This document shows positions 7,902 through 19,143 of a stretch of DNA of 64,000 bases, one piece after another. Origin of the DNA: an uncultured bacterium (GTDB lineage Bacteria; Babelota; Babeliae; Babelales; Vermiphilaceae); NCBI GenBank assembly GCA_963727255.1, contig CAVSFC010000002.1, positions 330,412-394,411 of the forward strand, written 5' to 3'. The notes under the pieces were generated by a model. That model worked only from the letters and a program-made list of their open reading frames with translations, ran no database searches and had not been told where the DNA came from. Positions within the stretch are counted from its first letter, which is position 1. The number at the start of each line of letters is the position of its first letter. The position numbers and the translations under genes were made by a program.

Positions 7902-10535
7902 ATGTCTTCTATACAAAAACACATTCTATCTAATGGTCTTACTGTTTTAGTACATCCCCTACACACAATTCCCAAAGTTGCAGTTCAACTCTGGTATGAG
8001 GTTGGCTCAAAAGATGAAAAAGATGGCGAAAGAGGTTTAGCCCATTTGCTTGAACATATGATTTTCAAGGGCACCGACATTCTTTCTGAATCTGATATCA
8101 ATCTGATTGCGCATAAATTATCAGGAAATTGCAACGCCTTTACTGGCCATGATTATACTGGCTACCTCTTTGATTTTCCTAAGCAAAATTGGAAAATTGC
8201 GCTTCCATTGCTCGCTAACTGCATGCGAAAATGCACCTTCAAAGAAGATCTTTTAAATGCAGAATTAAAAGCGGTTATTCAAGAATTAAAGATGTATAAG
8301 GATGATTATCAAACAAGCTTATGCGAGCAGATGCTCAGTGCGCTTTTTAAAGAACATCCGTATCATTATCCGATTATTGGGTATAAGCAAGATTTATGGG
8401 GCATCAATCAGCAAGGCTTGCTTGCTTTTTATGCAAAGCATTATGTGCCCAATAATGCTACCTTAGTGATTGTTGGTGATATCGATGTGCAAGAAGCGAT
8501 CACTCTTGCTGAGCAAGCATTTAATGCAATACCCGCTGATCCTAATTACCATCGCGATACTTATAAGTATGTGCCCGATATGCGTGCCCATTCGGTGATA
8601 ATCAAACGAGACGTGCAACAACCAATTTTAATGTATGCATGGGTTGTTCCGGGCCTAAAAGCAAAGCAATCGCATATTATTGATGCGGTCCGCTGGATTT
8701 TTGGAGAAGGCAAAGGATCCCGCCTTTTTAAAAAAATTGTGGATGAAAAAGAGTTAGCAACCGATTTGCAGGTTGATTTATACGAGATGTTTGATCAAAG
8801 TGTATTCTTTATTCACATTGATCCGGTAGATGAAACAGTAATTGATACCATCTCTCAAATAATTAAGGATGAACTTGATCTCTTGCACAAAAATGGGGTT
8901 CAGGAGCATGAATTGCAGCGTGCTTGCAAGCAATCATTAATGGAACATTTGAGTCTTTTTGAAAACAATCAAAAGCTTGCCTATGAAATTGGTGCATCAT
9001 TTTTAGCAACCAAGAATGAAAAATCGCTTGAAGAATATCCGGCCTTACAAAAAAAGATTGATAGAAAAACAGTGGATCAGTTTTTTAAGGAGTATCTGCG
9101 CGGATCGATTATGAGCAAAGGAGCGGTGCTCCCGCTCAATGAACGTGAAATGGCCGATTGGCTTGCCTTGCAGGAGCAATCTGATAAAGAAGATGAGCGG
9201 ATTCTCTCGCGTAAAATACGTGAATCTACCGTTGAATGCGGGGTCTATGTTGAGCAGGTTATCGCGCAAGAGGCTGCATCATTTAAATATCCGCGTGCTG
9301 ATAAATCAACATTATCCAATGGGCTCATGCTTGTAACCCATTCAAATAAACAAACTCCAAAAATTGATTTAATGCTCGATCTAAAAGTGCGCCATTTTTA
9401 TGATCCCGAGGATAAGGAGGGGCTCATCAATTTTATGAGTACCATGTTGCTCGAAGGAACCGAGCGCTATACCGATCAAGAGCTTGCCGATGCTGCTGAA
9501 TCGCGAGGCATGGGCATTGATGTACGCGCAGGAATGCTTACAATCAGCACATTAAAAGAAGACTTTGAATTTGCGTTACATTTATTGGACCAATTAGTTA
9601 CTCAGGCAACATTTCCTGAAAAAAGCATAGAAAAAATACGATCCCAAATCGATGCTGATATTGCACAACTCTGGGATAGCCCGACAGAATTCGTTGCTCA
9701 ATTAGCACGAAAAGAATTATATAAGTATCATCCGTATCACAAAAATATTTTGGGCAGTGAAGAATCGATCAAAAAAATAAAACGTTCAGATCTGATCAAC
9801 GCCTATAAAAAATATAGCACCCCCTTGGGAGCACGCTTGGCCATAATCGGAGATCTTGAAGGCATCAATGTTAATGCTGTTGTGCAAAAGATGCTTGGCA
9901 ATTGGCAAGGTGCTTCAGTTCCGGATTTAGAATTTCCACAATTGCCTACAGTAACTAAAAAAGATTTAAACACCTCTATGAATCGTGATCAGACGGTGCT
10001 TTGTTTTGCCGGCCATTCTGTCTCGCGCCTCGATCCAAGATTTGATGCATTATTGCTTTTTGATCAAATTTTTACAGGCGGAGTTTTGGGTTCAATGAGC
10101 TCCTATCTTTTCCAGCTACGGGAACAAACGGGGCTCTTTTATACGATTGGCGGATCATTAGTGGCCGGTGCAGATGAGCAGCCAGGAATGGTTTTTTTGC
10201 GTACGATAGTTTCTAATGATCGCTTGGATGAAGCAGAGCGCTTGATTGAACAAGCAATAATAGAATGCAAAAAGCGTATTAATGATCTGGATATTGAGCA
10301 TGCGCGCAATGCGCTGGTGAATTCACTGGTCGATCATTTTGAATCTAATTATAGTATGGCAGAAGCATTTTTATTTCTTGATCGCTTTGGATTGCCTGCT
10401 GATTATTTTGATAATCGTTTGAAAAATTTAAAATTAATGAGTAATGGGCAGATAAAATCCGCAGTAGAAGAGATTCTTGATCCCAATCGGCTCATCCGAT
10501 TAAGAATAGGCAGATTAGCATTTAAAAATCGATAA
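7902..10535 (+). CDS. M16-family (pitrilysin/PqqL-like) zinc peptidase, two fused M16 units
   Basis: 877-aa intact ORF. Inverzincin motif GLAHLLEHMIFKGT (HxxEH). A second half-repeat begins at ..STLSNGLMLVTHSNKQTPKIDL. Confidence 0.9.
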   Translation: MSSIQKHILSNGLTVLVHPLHTIPKVAVQLWYEVGSKDEKDGERGLAHLLEHMIFKGTDILSESDINLIAHKLSGNCNAFTGHDYTGYLFDFPKQNWKIALPLLANCMRKCTFKEDLLNAELKAVIQELKMYKDDYQTSLCEQMLSALFKEHPYHYPIIGYKQDLWGINQQGLLAFYAKHYVPNNATLVIVGDIDVQEAITLAEQAFNAIPADPNYHRDTYKYVPDMRAHSVIIKRDVQQPILMYAWVVPGLKAKQSHIIDAVRWIFGEGKGSRLFKKIVDEKELATDLQVDLYEMFDQSVFFIHIDPVDETVIDTISQIIKDELDLLHKNGVQEHELQRACKQSLMEHLSLFENNQKLAYEIGASFLATKNEKSLEEYPALQKKIDRKTVDQFFKEYLRGSIMSKGAVLPLNEREMADWLALQEQSDKEDERILSRKIRESTVECGVYVEQVIAQEAASFKYPRADKSTLSNGLMLVTHSNKQTPKIDLMLDLKVRHFYDPEDKEGLINFMSTMLLEGTERYTDQELADAAESRGMGIDVRAGMLTISTLKEDFEFALHLLDQLVTQATFPEKSIEKIRSQIDADIAQLWDSPTEFVAQLARKELYKYHPYHKNILGSEESIKKIKRSDLINAYKKYSTPLGARLAIIGDLEGINVNAVVQKMLGNWQGASVPDLEFPQLPTVTKKDLNTSMNRDQTVLCFAGHSVSRLDPRFDALLLFDQIFTGGVLGSMSSYLFQLREQTGLFYTIGGSLVAGADEQPGMVFLRTIVSNDRLDEAERLIEQAIIECKKRINDLDIEHARNALVNSLVDHFESNYSMAEAFLFLDRFGLPADYFDNRLKNLKLMSNGQIKSAVEEILDPNRLIRLRIGRLAFKNR

Positions 10536-10555
10536 GTTAAAAAAAGGAGATTTCG

Positions 10556-10981
10556 ATGATAAACAGTCTAAGATTTTTGAAAATTTTTGGACTCGCCTAT
10601 CCATTTTTTATTTGCATGGATATTATTTGGATCGGTTTTATAATGAATGGCATTTATAAAGAAAAATTGTCAGCCATTGCTCGCATGAGCAACGGCGCAA
10701 TAAGGCCGAATATACCTGCATCATTACTAGTCTGGTTGCTTATTGTAGGAGGCTCGTTAGTTTTTGTTTTACCGCAGATAGAAAGTGCTCCTTTGATTCG
10801 GCAATTTATGTGGGGTGCATTCTACGGATTGATCCTTTATGGCGTATACGATTTAACCAACTTTGCCATTCTTTCATCGTGGCTGCTTTCTATTACCATG
10901 CTCGATTTGGCGTGGGGTATGTTTGCAAATGGCATTTTGGCTATTGCGCTTGTTTTTTTGAGCAAATTGATTCAGCACTAA
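10556..10981 (+). CDS. Small integral membrane protein (DUF2177-like, 4 TM)
   Basis: 141 aa with four hydrophobic helices. GGAG-type RBS 7 nt upstream. Lies 20 nt after the M16 stop, so probably co-transcribed. Confidence 0.55.
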   Translation: MINSLRFLKIFGLAYPFFICMDIIWIGFIMNGIYKEKLSAIARMSNGAIRPNIPASLLVWLLIVGGSLVFVLPQIESAPLIRQFMWGAFYGLILYGVYDLTNFAILSSWLLSITMLDLAWGMFANGILAIALVFLSKLIQH

Positions 10982-11022
10982 AAGCCAACGCGGATAATAA
11001 ACAATATACTTTATTTTTTCTC

Positions 11023-12126
11023 TTATAGAGTTTGAGTTTTTGTGTCTGTTTTTTTACGTGCAGAGTGTTTATTAAATAGTTTTACAACTTTTTGAGCAGG
11101 CTCTTTTTTGAGTTCATCCAGACATCCAAGACATTTGTCATCATCTTCAGGTGTAAAGCAAGTGCATTCATTTTTTTTGGTATAATATTTGATTGCGCGT
11201 TTTGCTGGAGTCTCAGAAAGATCATTTTCAGGGTCTGGGTTAAGCAGATGATTAGCTTTGTTTGCTAAAAATAGCTGAACAATATCAGTATCATTATTCT
11301 CTATTGCATAATCGATAGCGCAGAGCAGAGGCAAACATTTTCTATCCTTTAGAATTCCTATCTGATTAGCATTTGCCTGATTTTTAAAAAGAAGTTTTAA
11401 AATTTCGATGGTTTCTTGTTTAAGGTGCGGATAGCAGTTGCTGGTAACGCGGATTAAGGGTGTAATTCCTGTGTTATCGGGCACATTTACTAGTTCAGGC
11501 TTCAGAAATTTCTCAATCGTAGCAATATCATGAGTTTCCATTGCTTCATGAAGATTTTTTGCACGTTCACAAAAACGCTTTAAGACAAGCATTCGATTTT
11601 TCTGTTGTTCAGCTAGCAAATCTCTTGTGGAAACTGCAAAATTAGCAGCTGTCCCCCCAGTTGGAGTTTGACAATCTAAAAATGGATTGCCATTTTTTTC
11701 CAAAAGGTATTCAAGTGGACCAAAATTGCTATTGTAAATTGCTTCACCAATCGTATATAGCAATGCTGAACCATGTGCAAACGGTGCAAGTTTATCTATT
11801 TTTGCCCCTTTAGATAGTAAATAATCCGGTACCGATCTATCAAAATCCGATTTCCAGGCCAACTTTTCAAGTGCATGTGAGAGTAAATTCCTTCCACAAT
11901 AAACTGTGTTCACATTTTGTTCATTTACATATTCTTTTAATGTATTCAGGTCACATTCTTGTGCAGCTTGAATAATTTTTTCTCTCTGCAAATTAAGTGG
12001 TGATAAGATACTTTGCAAATCTGCATCGGGGCCAAGGTGGATTACGGTAACATTTTTTTCCATGCTGTTAGCAGAAAAGGAAATTAATAAAAATAAAAGG
12101 GGAAGGCTAAATTGAGTGATCTTCAT
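11023..12126 (-). CDS. Secreted divergent ankyrin-repeat-like protein
   Basis: 367 aa, signal ..SFSANS|MEKN. LLSKGAKIDK, LLEKNGNPFLD, DNTGITPLIRV, LFKNQANANQ, FLANKANHLLNP. Confidence 0.6.
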   Translation of the reverse strand: MKITQFSLPLLFLLISFSANSMEKNVTVIHLGPDADLQSILSPLNLQREKIIQAAQECDLNTLKEYVNEQNVNTVYCGRNLLSHALEKLAWKSDFDRSVPDYLLSKGAKIDKLAPFAHGSALLYTIGEAIYNSNFGPLEYLLEKNGNPFLDCQTPTGGTAANFAVSTRDLLAEQQKNRMLVLKRFCERAKNLHEAMETHDIATIEKFLKPELVNVPDNTGITPLIRVTSNCYPHLKQETIEILKLLFKNQANANQIGILKDRKCLPLLCAIDYAIENNDTDIVQLFLANKANHLLNPDPENDLSETPAKRAIKYYTKKNECTCFTPEDDDKCLGCLDELKKEPAQKVVKLFNKHSARKKTDTKTQTL

Positions 12127-13240
12127 AGATTCCTTTAAAAGGGTCGAATATTTCGGTTTGCGTATATTTCTGAAAAAGATCTAGAATATCATGAGCGGTA
12201 GATGCATTTTTTTTAATTTGCACTAGTTCTTTTTCTTTTTTTAAATCTTCTTCGGTCAAATTTGCAGCTCTATACGCAAGCTCATATGCGGTTGGGCCAA
12301 ATTGAGGCGCCAGAGAATATTTGGGATCTCCTCCATGCTCGAGTAGAGGAGGAATCATGCCGGAATCCCCTTGCTGAATCGATACAATAGTAGCGAAGGC
12401 AATTATAGTTTGATAGGGATATGCCATATTCGCTATACCTGCATTCGGCTTGGCCCCTTTTGCTAATAATTTTTTTATTATTTCTATTGTTGCGATTTTA
12501 TTTGATAGATCGAATCTGGAAACTGCCCTGAAAAGGGGAGTTTTTGCATCTTCATCCTTCTCATCATTTGCTATAGAATTTGCAAACTCCTCAACTTTTT
12601 CAACGTCGCAAGCAAGAACAGCCTGCCGCAATGAGGTAATTTTGCTTTTAAAGAATTTAAGTACCTCATTTGCTTGGGGGTATATTTTGGGGTAGTTCGA
12701 AAAGTGTGAAACTGTATCGAAGAGGCTTGGTTTATTTACTGATGCAATAAAAGGATCTGCGCCCTGAGAAATAAAAAAATCAAGTGCACGGAAATTGTGT
12801 GTTTTGCTTTTTGCTGAAAGTAATGCAGCATACTCAAAAGCAGTCATTGCTTGGCCTGGTTCGGTTATATAAAGATAAGCTCCATTATCTAAAAGAAAGT
12901 TGAGCGTTTTTTCTATTGGGGCATTTGTATCTTTAAAACTTCTTCGCAATGTAGCGAATATGATTGGCTCTGCTTTACTGTTTATTTGATTAATATTTGC
13001 TCTATTAACCAGCTTTTTTAATTTTTCGATATTGCAAGCAAACGCTGCCCGGGAGGCCTCTTTGAAGCGCAAATCTTCCAAATGATTTGACATATAATAA
13101 GTGTTTTGAAGATCTTCCTCGAATTCTTTAAAATTGCCGGTACTGGTAGTTCTTGACAAGCGTATAATATAATTAGGTTTTTCCATTGAAGTTATATCTG
13201 AAAAATAGAGTAAAATTAGGGGAATAAAAACAAAGATCAT
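12107..13240 (-). CDS. Secreted divergent ankyrin-repeat-like protein (start set at the ATG at 13240; the ORF-track start at 13285 is TTG)
   Basis: Signal MIFVFIPLILLYFSDITS|MEKP. LLDNGAYLYI, FISQGADPF, DEDAKTPLFRAV, LLAKGAKPNA, LLEHGGDPKY. Overlaps the next paralogue by 20 nt. Confidence 0.6.
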   Translation of the reverse strand: MIFVFIPLILLYFSDITSMEKPNYIIRLSRTTSTGNFKEFEEDLQNTYYMSNHLEDLRFKEASRAAFACNIEKLKKLVNRANINQINSKAEPIIFATLRRSFKDTNAPIEKTLNFLLDNGAYLYITEPGQAMTAFEYAALLSAKSKTHNFRALDFFISQGADPFIASVNKPSLFDTVSHFSNYPKIYPQANEVLKFFKSKITSLRQAVLACDVEKVEEFANSIANDEKDEDAKTPLFRAVSRFDLSNKIATIEIIKKLLAKGAKPNAGIANMAYPYQTIIAFATIVSIQQGDSGMIPPLLEHGGDPKYSLAPQFGPTAYELAYRAANLTEEDLKKEKELVQIKKNASTAHDILDLFQKYTQTEIFDPFKGIYEDHSI

Positions 13241-13323
13241 TAAAAACCCTCTAAAAATGAATTCTAAATATAGTAGACTAATCAATGATTAAAAAATTGT
13301 TGAGTATAATCAAGAGGTTTTCA

Positions 13324-16136
13324 ATGAATAATTGTATACTAAGAATAGCAAAAAATCAGCTAGTAATTATTTTTGGGTTAACATGCTTTAGCTTGACTGC
13401 ATTTACCGATATGAAAATTGAATCACCATCGCAAGATTTAATTATAAATAATCAGGAATATATGAATAGTATCCCCGAACAAAACCATCAGCCACATGTA
13501 TATAAAAGAGTGCTTGAAAATGGAATGACTATATTGGTCCGCGTAGTCCACACATTGCCCAAAGTTTCACTGCAAATTTGGTATAATGTTGGATCGAAAG
13601 ATGAAAAAACGAATGAAAAAGGAATTGCGCATCTGATTGAACATATGATCTTTAAGGGAACTAAGCTCCTCTCCGAATCCGATATTAATGTGATTACGCA
13701 TATGCTTTCAGGATCTACCAATGCATTTACTTCATATGATTATACCGGGCTATTTATTTAATATGCCGGTGCAAAATTGGCATCAAACATTAGGCCATAT
13801 TAGCTGATTGCATGCAGAATGTTACCTTTAAGGATGATCATTTAATTCTGAAATGAAAGCGGTAATTCAAGAATTAAAAATGTATCGCGATAATTATCCG
13901 CGACAGCTTAATTATGGAGTTGATGGCAGCATTATTCCCTGATCATCCATACCATTATCCGGTAATTGGGTTTAAGCAAGATCTGTTTGATGTGCATGCA
14001 GATCGATTGCGCGCATTTTATAAAAAACATTATTGGCCAAATAATGCAACATTGGTAATTGTTGGAGATGTTGATCCTGAAGATGCATTTGCTCAGGCAA
14101 AAAAATATTTTGAAAAAATTCCTGCAAATAAAAATTATAAAAAAGAACAATTTTATTTTAATAAAGATATTGTTTCTCATTCGGTAACTCTCTATCGTGA
14201 TGTACAAGCAGCCGTTTGCCGTGATTGGATATATGATTCCGGGAGCACAAACAAAGAATGAACATTTGCTTGATGTAGTTGCACTGATCCTGGGAGCGGA
14301 AAAGGATCGCGGTTATACCGAAAATTGGTTGATGAATTGCAGATGGTGACTGATTTGGGCGCTTATCCGTGGCTTCTTCTTTGAGCATGGGATTTTCTTT
14401 ATTATGTTTGAGCCAAAAAATGTTGCAGATATTCCGCAAATTCAGGAAATAATTCAAAAAGAGATCGATGAAATTATAAAAAATGGGCTTACCGATCAAG
14501 AATATACTCGTGCGCTTAAGCAAGCATTGCATGCAATTATTATAATTTGCTTGAAAGCATAGAAGCTCAAGCGCGTGAAATTGGAAAAGCCTATTTGGCA
14601 ACCGGCGATGAAAATTTTGCATTTCATTTCTTAGATAAACCAAAAAAAGAAGTAGAAACAGAGATAAAAAAACTCTTGGCAAATTATTTTAAACCATCAT
14701 TGATGAATATCGGTATTATTGTTGCCACTTTCTGAAGAAGATAAAAAAGAATGGGCAGCGATGCAAAAAAAATCTGATGAATATGATGCTAAATTTCTTG
14801 GCAGCACGGCCACGCACAACGCCGATTGAACCGCCATCATATGCAAAAAAAATTAAAGGTAAAAGAGGCGACTCATTTTGATTTTCCAAAATATAAAACC
14901 ATGATGCTCAATAATGGAATCAAGGTGCTTTACTATGATAATCCCAATACGCCAAAAATAGATTTAATTTTAGAATTTAAGGCACGAAATTATTATGATA
15001 GCGAAGCGTTGCCGGGCATTTATAATTTTGTTTCAACAATGTTGCTAGAAGGAACAAAAAAATATACTGCCACGCAATTGGTTGATGAACTTGAGATGCG
15101 CGGCATGTAATGTAAGTGTTTCTCCGGGCGTTATCGTTATGAGTATGCTTGCGGCTGATTTTGAGAAAGGGCTTGAGCTTCTTAGAAGAGATTATTGCAC
15201 AATCCACGATTTGATGAGAAAGAAATTGAAAAAGTTCGCGAGCAACTTCTTGCGGAAATAAAACATTTTTGGGATGATCCGCAGCAGCTTTTCAAATCAA
15301 TTGGTAGAAGAATATATCTATAAAGGTCATCCGTATTGCCAAAAATATTTTAGGCACGGAAGAGTCTATTAAAAAAATAACAAAAAAAGATCTGATAGAG
15401 TTTCATAAGAAATATTTTAGCCCGCGATGGAGCGCGCTTGGCAATTGTTGGTGATATTGGTTCTTATGATTTAAAAAATATTTTAGAAAAGACTATTGGA
15501 TCCATTGAAAGGGCCAGAAGGTTGAAGCGATTGAATTTCCCTGAATTGCAGCCAGTAAAGCCATGTGAAAAGATTCATCCGATTAATCGTGATCAAGCGG
15601 TGTTATGTTTTGCAGGGCTTTCTGTTGAACGTAAAAATCCTGATTTTGATAAATTTTTTATTTGATCAGATCTTTGGCGGCGGAGCACTTGGTTCATTGC
15701 ATTCGAAGTTATATCAATTGCGTGAGCAATCAGGCTTATTTTATACTATAAGCGGATCATTGATTTCAGGTGCAAATGAACAGCCGGGCATGGTGATTGT
15801 GAAAACAATTGTCTCGCTTGATCGTCTTGCATGAAGCAGAAAAAGCTATAAAAGATGTTATTGATAAAGCGGTTAATGAAATTATCTGATGAAGAATTTT
15901 TAGAAGCAAAACATGCGATTATAAATTCAATTGTGAATAATTTTGCAACCAATCAGGCATGGCTCAGGTTTTCTTAAGTCTTGATCGATATGGATTTCCA
16001 CCTGATTATTATGATACTCGAGCAGAAAAAATTTCTGGCTATTACACTTGATCAAATGAAAGAGGCAGTTAAAAAAGTGTTGCGCAATGAATCGATGTTT
16101 ACGCTTAAAGTGGGCAGATTGGAAGAGAAGAAATAG
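13324..16136 (+). pseudogene. Second M16-family peptidase (paralogue of 7902-10535) broken by >10 single-base indels
   Basis: Fragments in all three frames align colinearly with the intact copy. Examples: ..LENGMTILVRVVHTLPKVSLQIWYNVGSKDEKTNEKGIAHLIEHMIFKGTKLLSESDINVITHMLSGSTNAFTSYDYTG.., ..MKAVIQELKMYRDNYP.., ..FPDHPYHYPVIGFKQDLF..HYWPNNATLVIVGDVD.., ..GIKVLYYDNPNTPKIDLILEFKARNYYD.., ..FGGGALGSLHSKLYQLREQSGLFYTISGSLISGANEQPGMV.., ending ..FTLKVGRLEEKK*. The N-terminus carries a signal/anchor that the intact copy lacks. Confidence 0.8.
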
Positions 16137-16152
16137 ACGAAATAGTCTATAA

Positions 16153-17055
16153 TCATTGTTTAATGGGGCCGAGATTGACAAAATAACTGCTGCTCTTTTT
16201 GTAGGAGATAAAGTCCGAATTGTTTTCCAATCCCATTTTTTCAAGTGCGCGGCGGAATACCAGAAACAAAAAGTTCTTTAATAGATACAAGAAATTAAGA
16301 ACGGTTGCTTTATGATCGCAGTAATATTTTCGCATATAGATGCAATTCAAAGCGATCAAAAAAATTGCTCCACCACATAGTATTGTTTCACAAAATAGTT
16401 AGGATGGCGCGAATAGCGCCAAAGGCCTGAGGTCAATAATTTTTCCCTGTATTAAGAGGATATTTAAGAAATGAATAGAGTTGCCAATCGGCAATCGATT
16501 CAAATAAAAACCCGATTCCCCAAAGCAAGAGGCCGAGCAAATCAAGACTATTAAGCCGTGGCTGGGCATCCGAGGCATTAATCATGAACGAGTGGGATAG
16601 GCGATAATCAAACATCGGCAACAGGTTTGCGCGAGAAAAATATAGAAAATAGCTATAAACCAAATACTTATATTTCTTTAAGGCCACATAGTTTGAGTGC
16701 ATGCAGGGCTAAGATTCCACTGTTGTAACCATAGCGAGGATAGCTTCCGTTTTAGCACAATTTTTCGATGATATCTTTGATTATTTGTTCGTTGAAAGCC
16801 GCAATCCCCAGAAGATAACCAAGACATGTTCCCAGTGGCTTTCGAGGATGATATCCGAGGCTTGTAACAAAAAGTAGTGATCCAAGATTTTACCAATGAG
16901 ATAATACAAAACGCCAAGGCCCCCGCAAATCAAGGATATCCCATTTACAATGCTTGTATCATTATTACTAAATATGATTCGACAATAAAATTGCGCTTAT
17001 CATTGTAGATTACCATACACAAAGAGCAGATATTGCTATTGAAACTCAAAAGCAT
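16153..17055 (-). pseudogene. DUF1295 / steroid-5-alpha-reductase-like membrane protein, frameshifted several times
   Basis: ATG at 17055 with an AAAGGAG RBS. Frames read ..VLVIFWGLRLS.., ..LLGLLLWGIGFLFESIADWQLYSF.., ..GLWRYSRHPNYF.., ..LEKKMGLENNSDFISYKKSSSYF.. . These are the typical DUF1295 blocks in their usual order. Confidence 0.65.
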
Positions 17056-17095
17056 ATTGATTCTCCTTTAATAATTGTTAACATACTACGATAAA

Positions 17096-17914
17096 ATGCA
17101 GCCACCTTCAATCAACGATTTTAAAAAAATCATTTGGAACTATTATACAACGCAAGGCCGCCTGTTTGATTGGCGTCATGTTGATGATCCATATAAGGTA
17201 TTCATCTCAGAAGTAATGCTTCAGCAAACACAAACGGTTCGTGTTGCGCAAAAATATCCCCTTTTTATTGAAGCGTTTCCTGATTTTAAAATACTTGCAG
17301 ATGCTCCATTAAAAGAGGTGCTCCTGCAATGGCAAGGACTCGGTTATAATCGGCGTGGCATGTATTTGCAACGCGCTGCGCAAACCATTATTCAAGAGCA
17401 TGCTGGTATTCTTCCCAATGATCCGGAAGTTTTGATAAAACTGCCCGGGATTGGAAAAGCGACCGCTGCATCAATTTGCGCATTTGCTTTTAACTCGCCG
17501 ACCATTTTTATTGAAACCAATATTCGGGCTGTTTTTATTCATTTCTTTTTTGCAAATAAAGATTCAGTTCATGATCAGGAAATTATGCCACTGCTGGAAG
17601 AGAGTTTGGATAAGGAGCATTCAAGAGATTGGTATTATGCTTTGATGGATTATGGGGTAATGTTAAAAAAGACTCTGGTGAATCCAAGTAGAAAAAGCAA
17701 ACATCACGCTAAGCAATCTAAATTCGAAGGGTCTGATAGGCAAATTAGGGGCATGATTCTGAGAATTTTAACTCAGCAACAGGCCCCAATTTTATCGGAA
17801 GTTCTTATTGCGCTCACCAAAAAAGATTCCGTGCGTGTTTCAAAAATTATAGATCAGATGGTTAAAGATAAGCTAGTTTTAGTTACTGGCCCTCTAATAG
17901 AGCTAGGTATTTGA
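17096..17914 (+). CDS. HhH-GPD base-excision DNA glycosylase (MutY/EndoIII-like), with no visible Fe-S cluster cysteines
   Basis: VFISEVMLQQTQTVRVAQKYPLFIEAFPDF..LLQWQGLGYNRRGMYLQRAA..LIKLPGIGKATAASICAFAF. No C-X6-C-X2-C-X5-C motif downstream. ATG at 17096 preferred over the TTG at 17075. Confidence 0.75.
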   Translation: MQPPSINDFKKIIWNYYTTQGRLFDWRHVDDPYKVFISEVMLQQTQTVRVAQKYPLFIEAFPDFKILADAPLKEVLLQWQGLGYNRRGMYLQRAAQTIIQEHAGILPNDPEVLIKLPGIGKATAASICAFAFNSPTIFIETNIRAVFIHFFFANKDSVHDQEIMPLLEESLDKEHSRDWYYALMDYGVMLKKTLVNPSRKSKHHAKQSKFEGSDRQIRGMILRILTQQQAPILSEVLIALTKKDSVRVSKIIDQMVKDKLVLVTGPLIELGI

Positions 17915-18419
17915 CCAAGGCAGCGCTTTCAGCGGCTCTGTGTTCTTCGAGGCTGCAAAATTTTGCAGCGCATCCAGGATAATCGTAGACTGCATCTTTC
18001 ATCACGAGTCGTTCTTCATTTTTAGTGATTTCTATTCTCTCTATTTCTGCAATTTCTAATTCCATCGAGTGGGCAAGTTCCATAAGTTTTTCTTCTAAAA
18101 GTTGGTTAATTTTGAATTCTGTTTGTGGATTATTAGTTTTTAGTAGAGGTAAAGCATCGATGAATACCTGCTTTACACTTTCCAATTCCAATCTATCCCA
18201 GCTTCTTCGTTCTGGGGATCTTGATTTTGGACTTGCTTCCGCGCTGCTCGGTAAAGTACTGCTGCCGCTACTGTGCGCGCTTAGACTTGTCGATTCTCGC
18301 TCTTCAAATGCGATTTTCTTAATCGTAATACGTTCGCTAACTTGTGGTACTACCATTGCAAAAAAAACTGAATTAACCGTTAACAATAAAAATAAAAAAA
18401 TAGAATGAGTAAGATTCAT
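17883..18419 (-). CDS. Secreted hypothetical protein (Ser-rich linker, acidic helical C-terminus)
   Basis: 178 aa, signal ..NSVFFA|MVVP. Its 3' end overlaps the glycosylase gene by 32 nt (convergent). Confidence 0.55.
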   Translation of the reverse strand: MNLTHSIFLFLLLTVNSVFFAMVVPQVSERITIKKIAFEERESTSLSAHSSGSSTLPSSAEASPKSRSPERRSWDRLELESVKQVFIDALPLLKTNNPQTEFKINQLLEEKLMELAHSMELEIAEIERIEITKNEERLVMKDAVYDYPGCAAKFCSLEEHRAAESAALVKYLALLEGQ

Positions 18420-18491
18420 AAGGTGTCCTTGAAAAAAATTGAAATTCCTTAGTAAATTAAGGCTTTCTTACCTGGTTGTCAAATGAAAGGA

Positions 18492-19130
18492 TCAAAATTT
18501 ATGGGGAAATTGCTGAGTAATTGCCCGGTCTAATTCATCTGCGCTCGCCCGCGAAAGATCAAGATTGTTCTCAAAAAGAGCCAAAGATTGCCCCCAATTT
18601 TTATTATGCCATTCTTGCATACTTTGAATAAATGCTGATCCGGTTTTGGTAATCATTGAATCTGCAAAATCTGGAGCATTACTCCAATTAGGATTCAATT
18701 CTTGGAGATATTCAGCAAGAGAAGATGCTATTTTTGCTAGATCATTTTTAGCGTCATCTTGGAATTTTACCGCTGCCATTGCTTTATTCAAAATCGGTTT
18801 TTGTTTATCGAGTATTTCTGACACTTTCTGGCCCGCTGTGGTGCCGTAATAAGCCTTAATGATTGCTCCGATCTCTTGGTTGTTCTTTGATAATTTTTCT
18901 GCTGCTGCATCTTTATCAGCAATAAAAAAAAATGTTGATTTTAAATATTCATGGGTCCAAATTACATTGTTGCACAATAATTTGCGAAGCGTATGATTGA
19001 GTGTGCTTATTTTTTCTACTCGTTTGCCGATGCTTATCGAACAGAACTTTGAAGAAAACAAATAGCCGCAGGCAAAACCGAGCGCTAGTGCGATTAAACT
19101 GGAAAAAAATATCTTTGCATAATGAGTCAT
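18492..19130 (-). CDS. Membrane-anchored hypothetical protein
   Basis: 212 aa with a single N-terminal TM (FFSSLIALALGFACGYLF). No recognised domain. Confidence 0.55.
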   Translation of the reverse strand: MTHYAKIFFSSLIALALGFACGYLFSSKFCSISIGKRVEKISTLNHTLRKLLCNNVIWTHEYLKSTFFFIADKDAAAEKLSKNNQEIGAIIKAYYGTTAGQKVSEILDKQKPILNKAMAAVKFQDDAKNDLAKIASSLAEYLQELNPNWSNAPDFADSMITKTGSAFIQSMQEWHNKNWGQSLALFENNLDLSRASADELDRAITQQFPHKF

Positions 19131-19143
19131 AATAATTTTCGCC

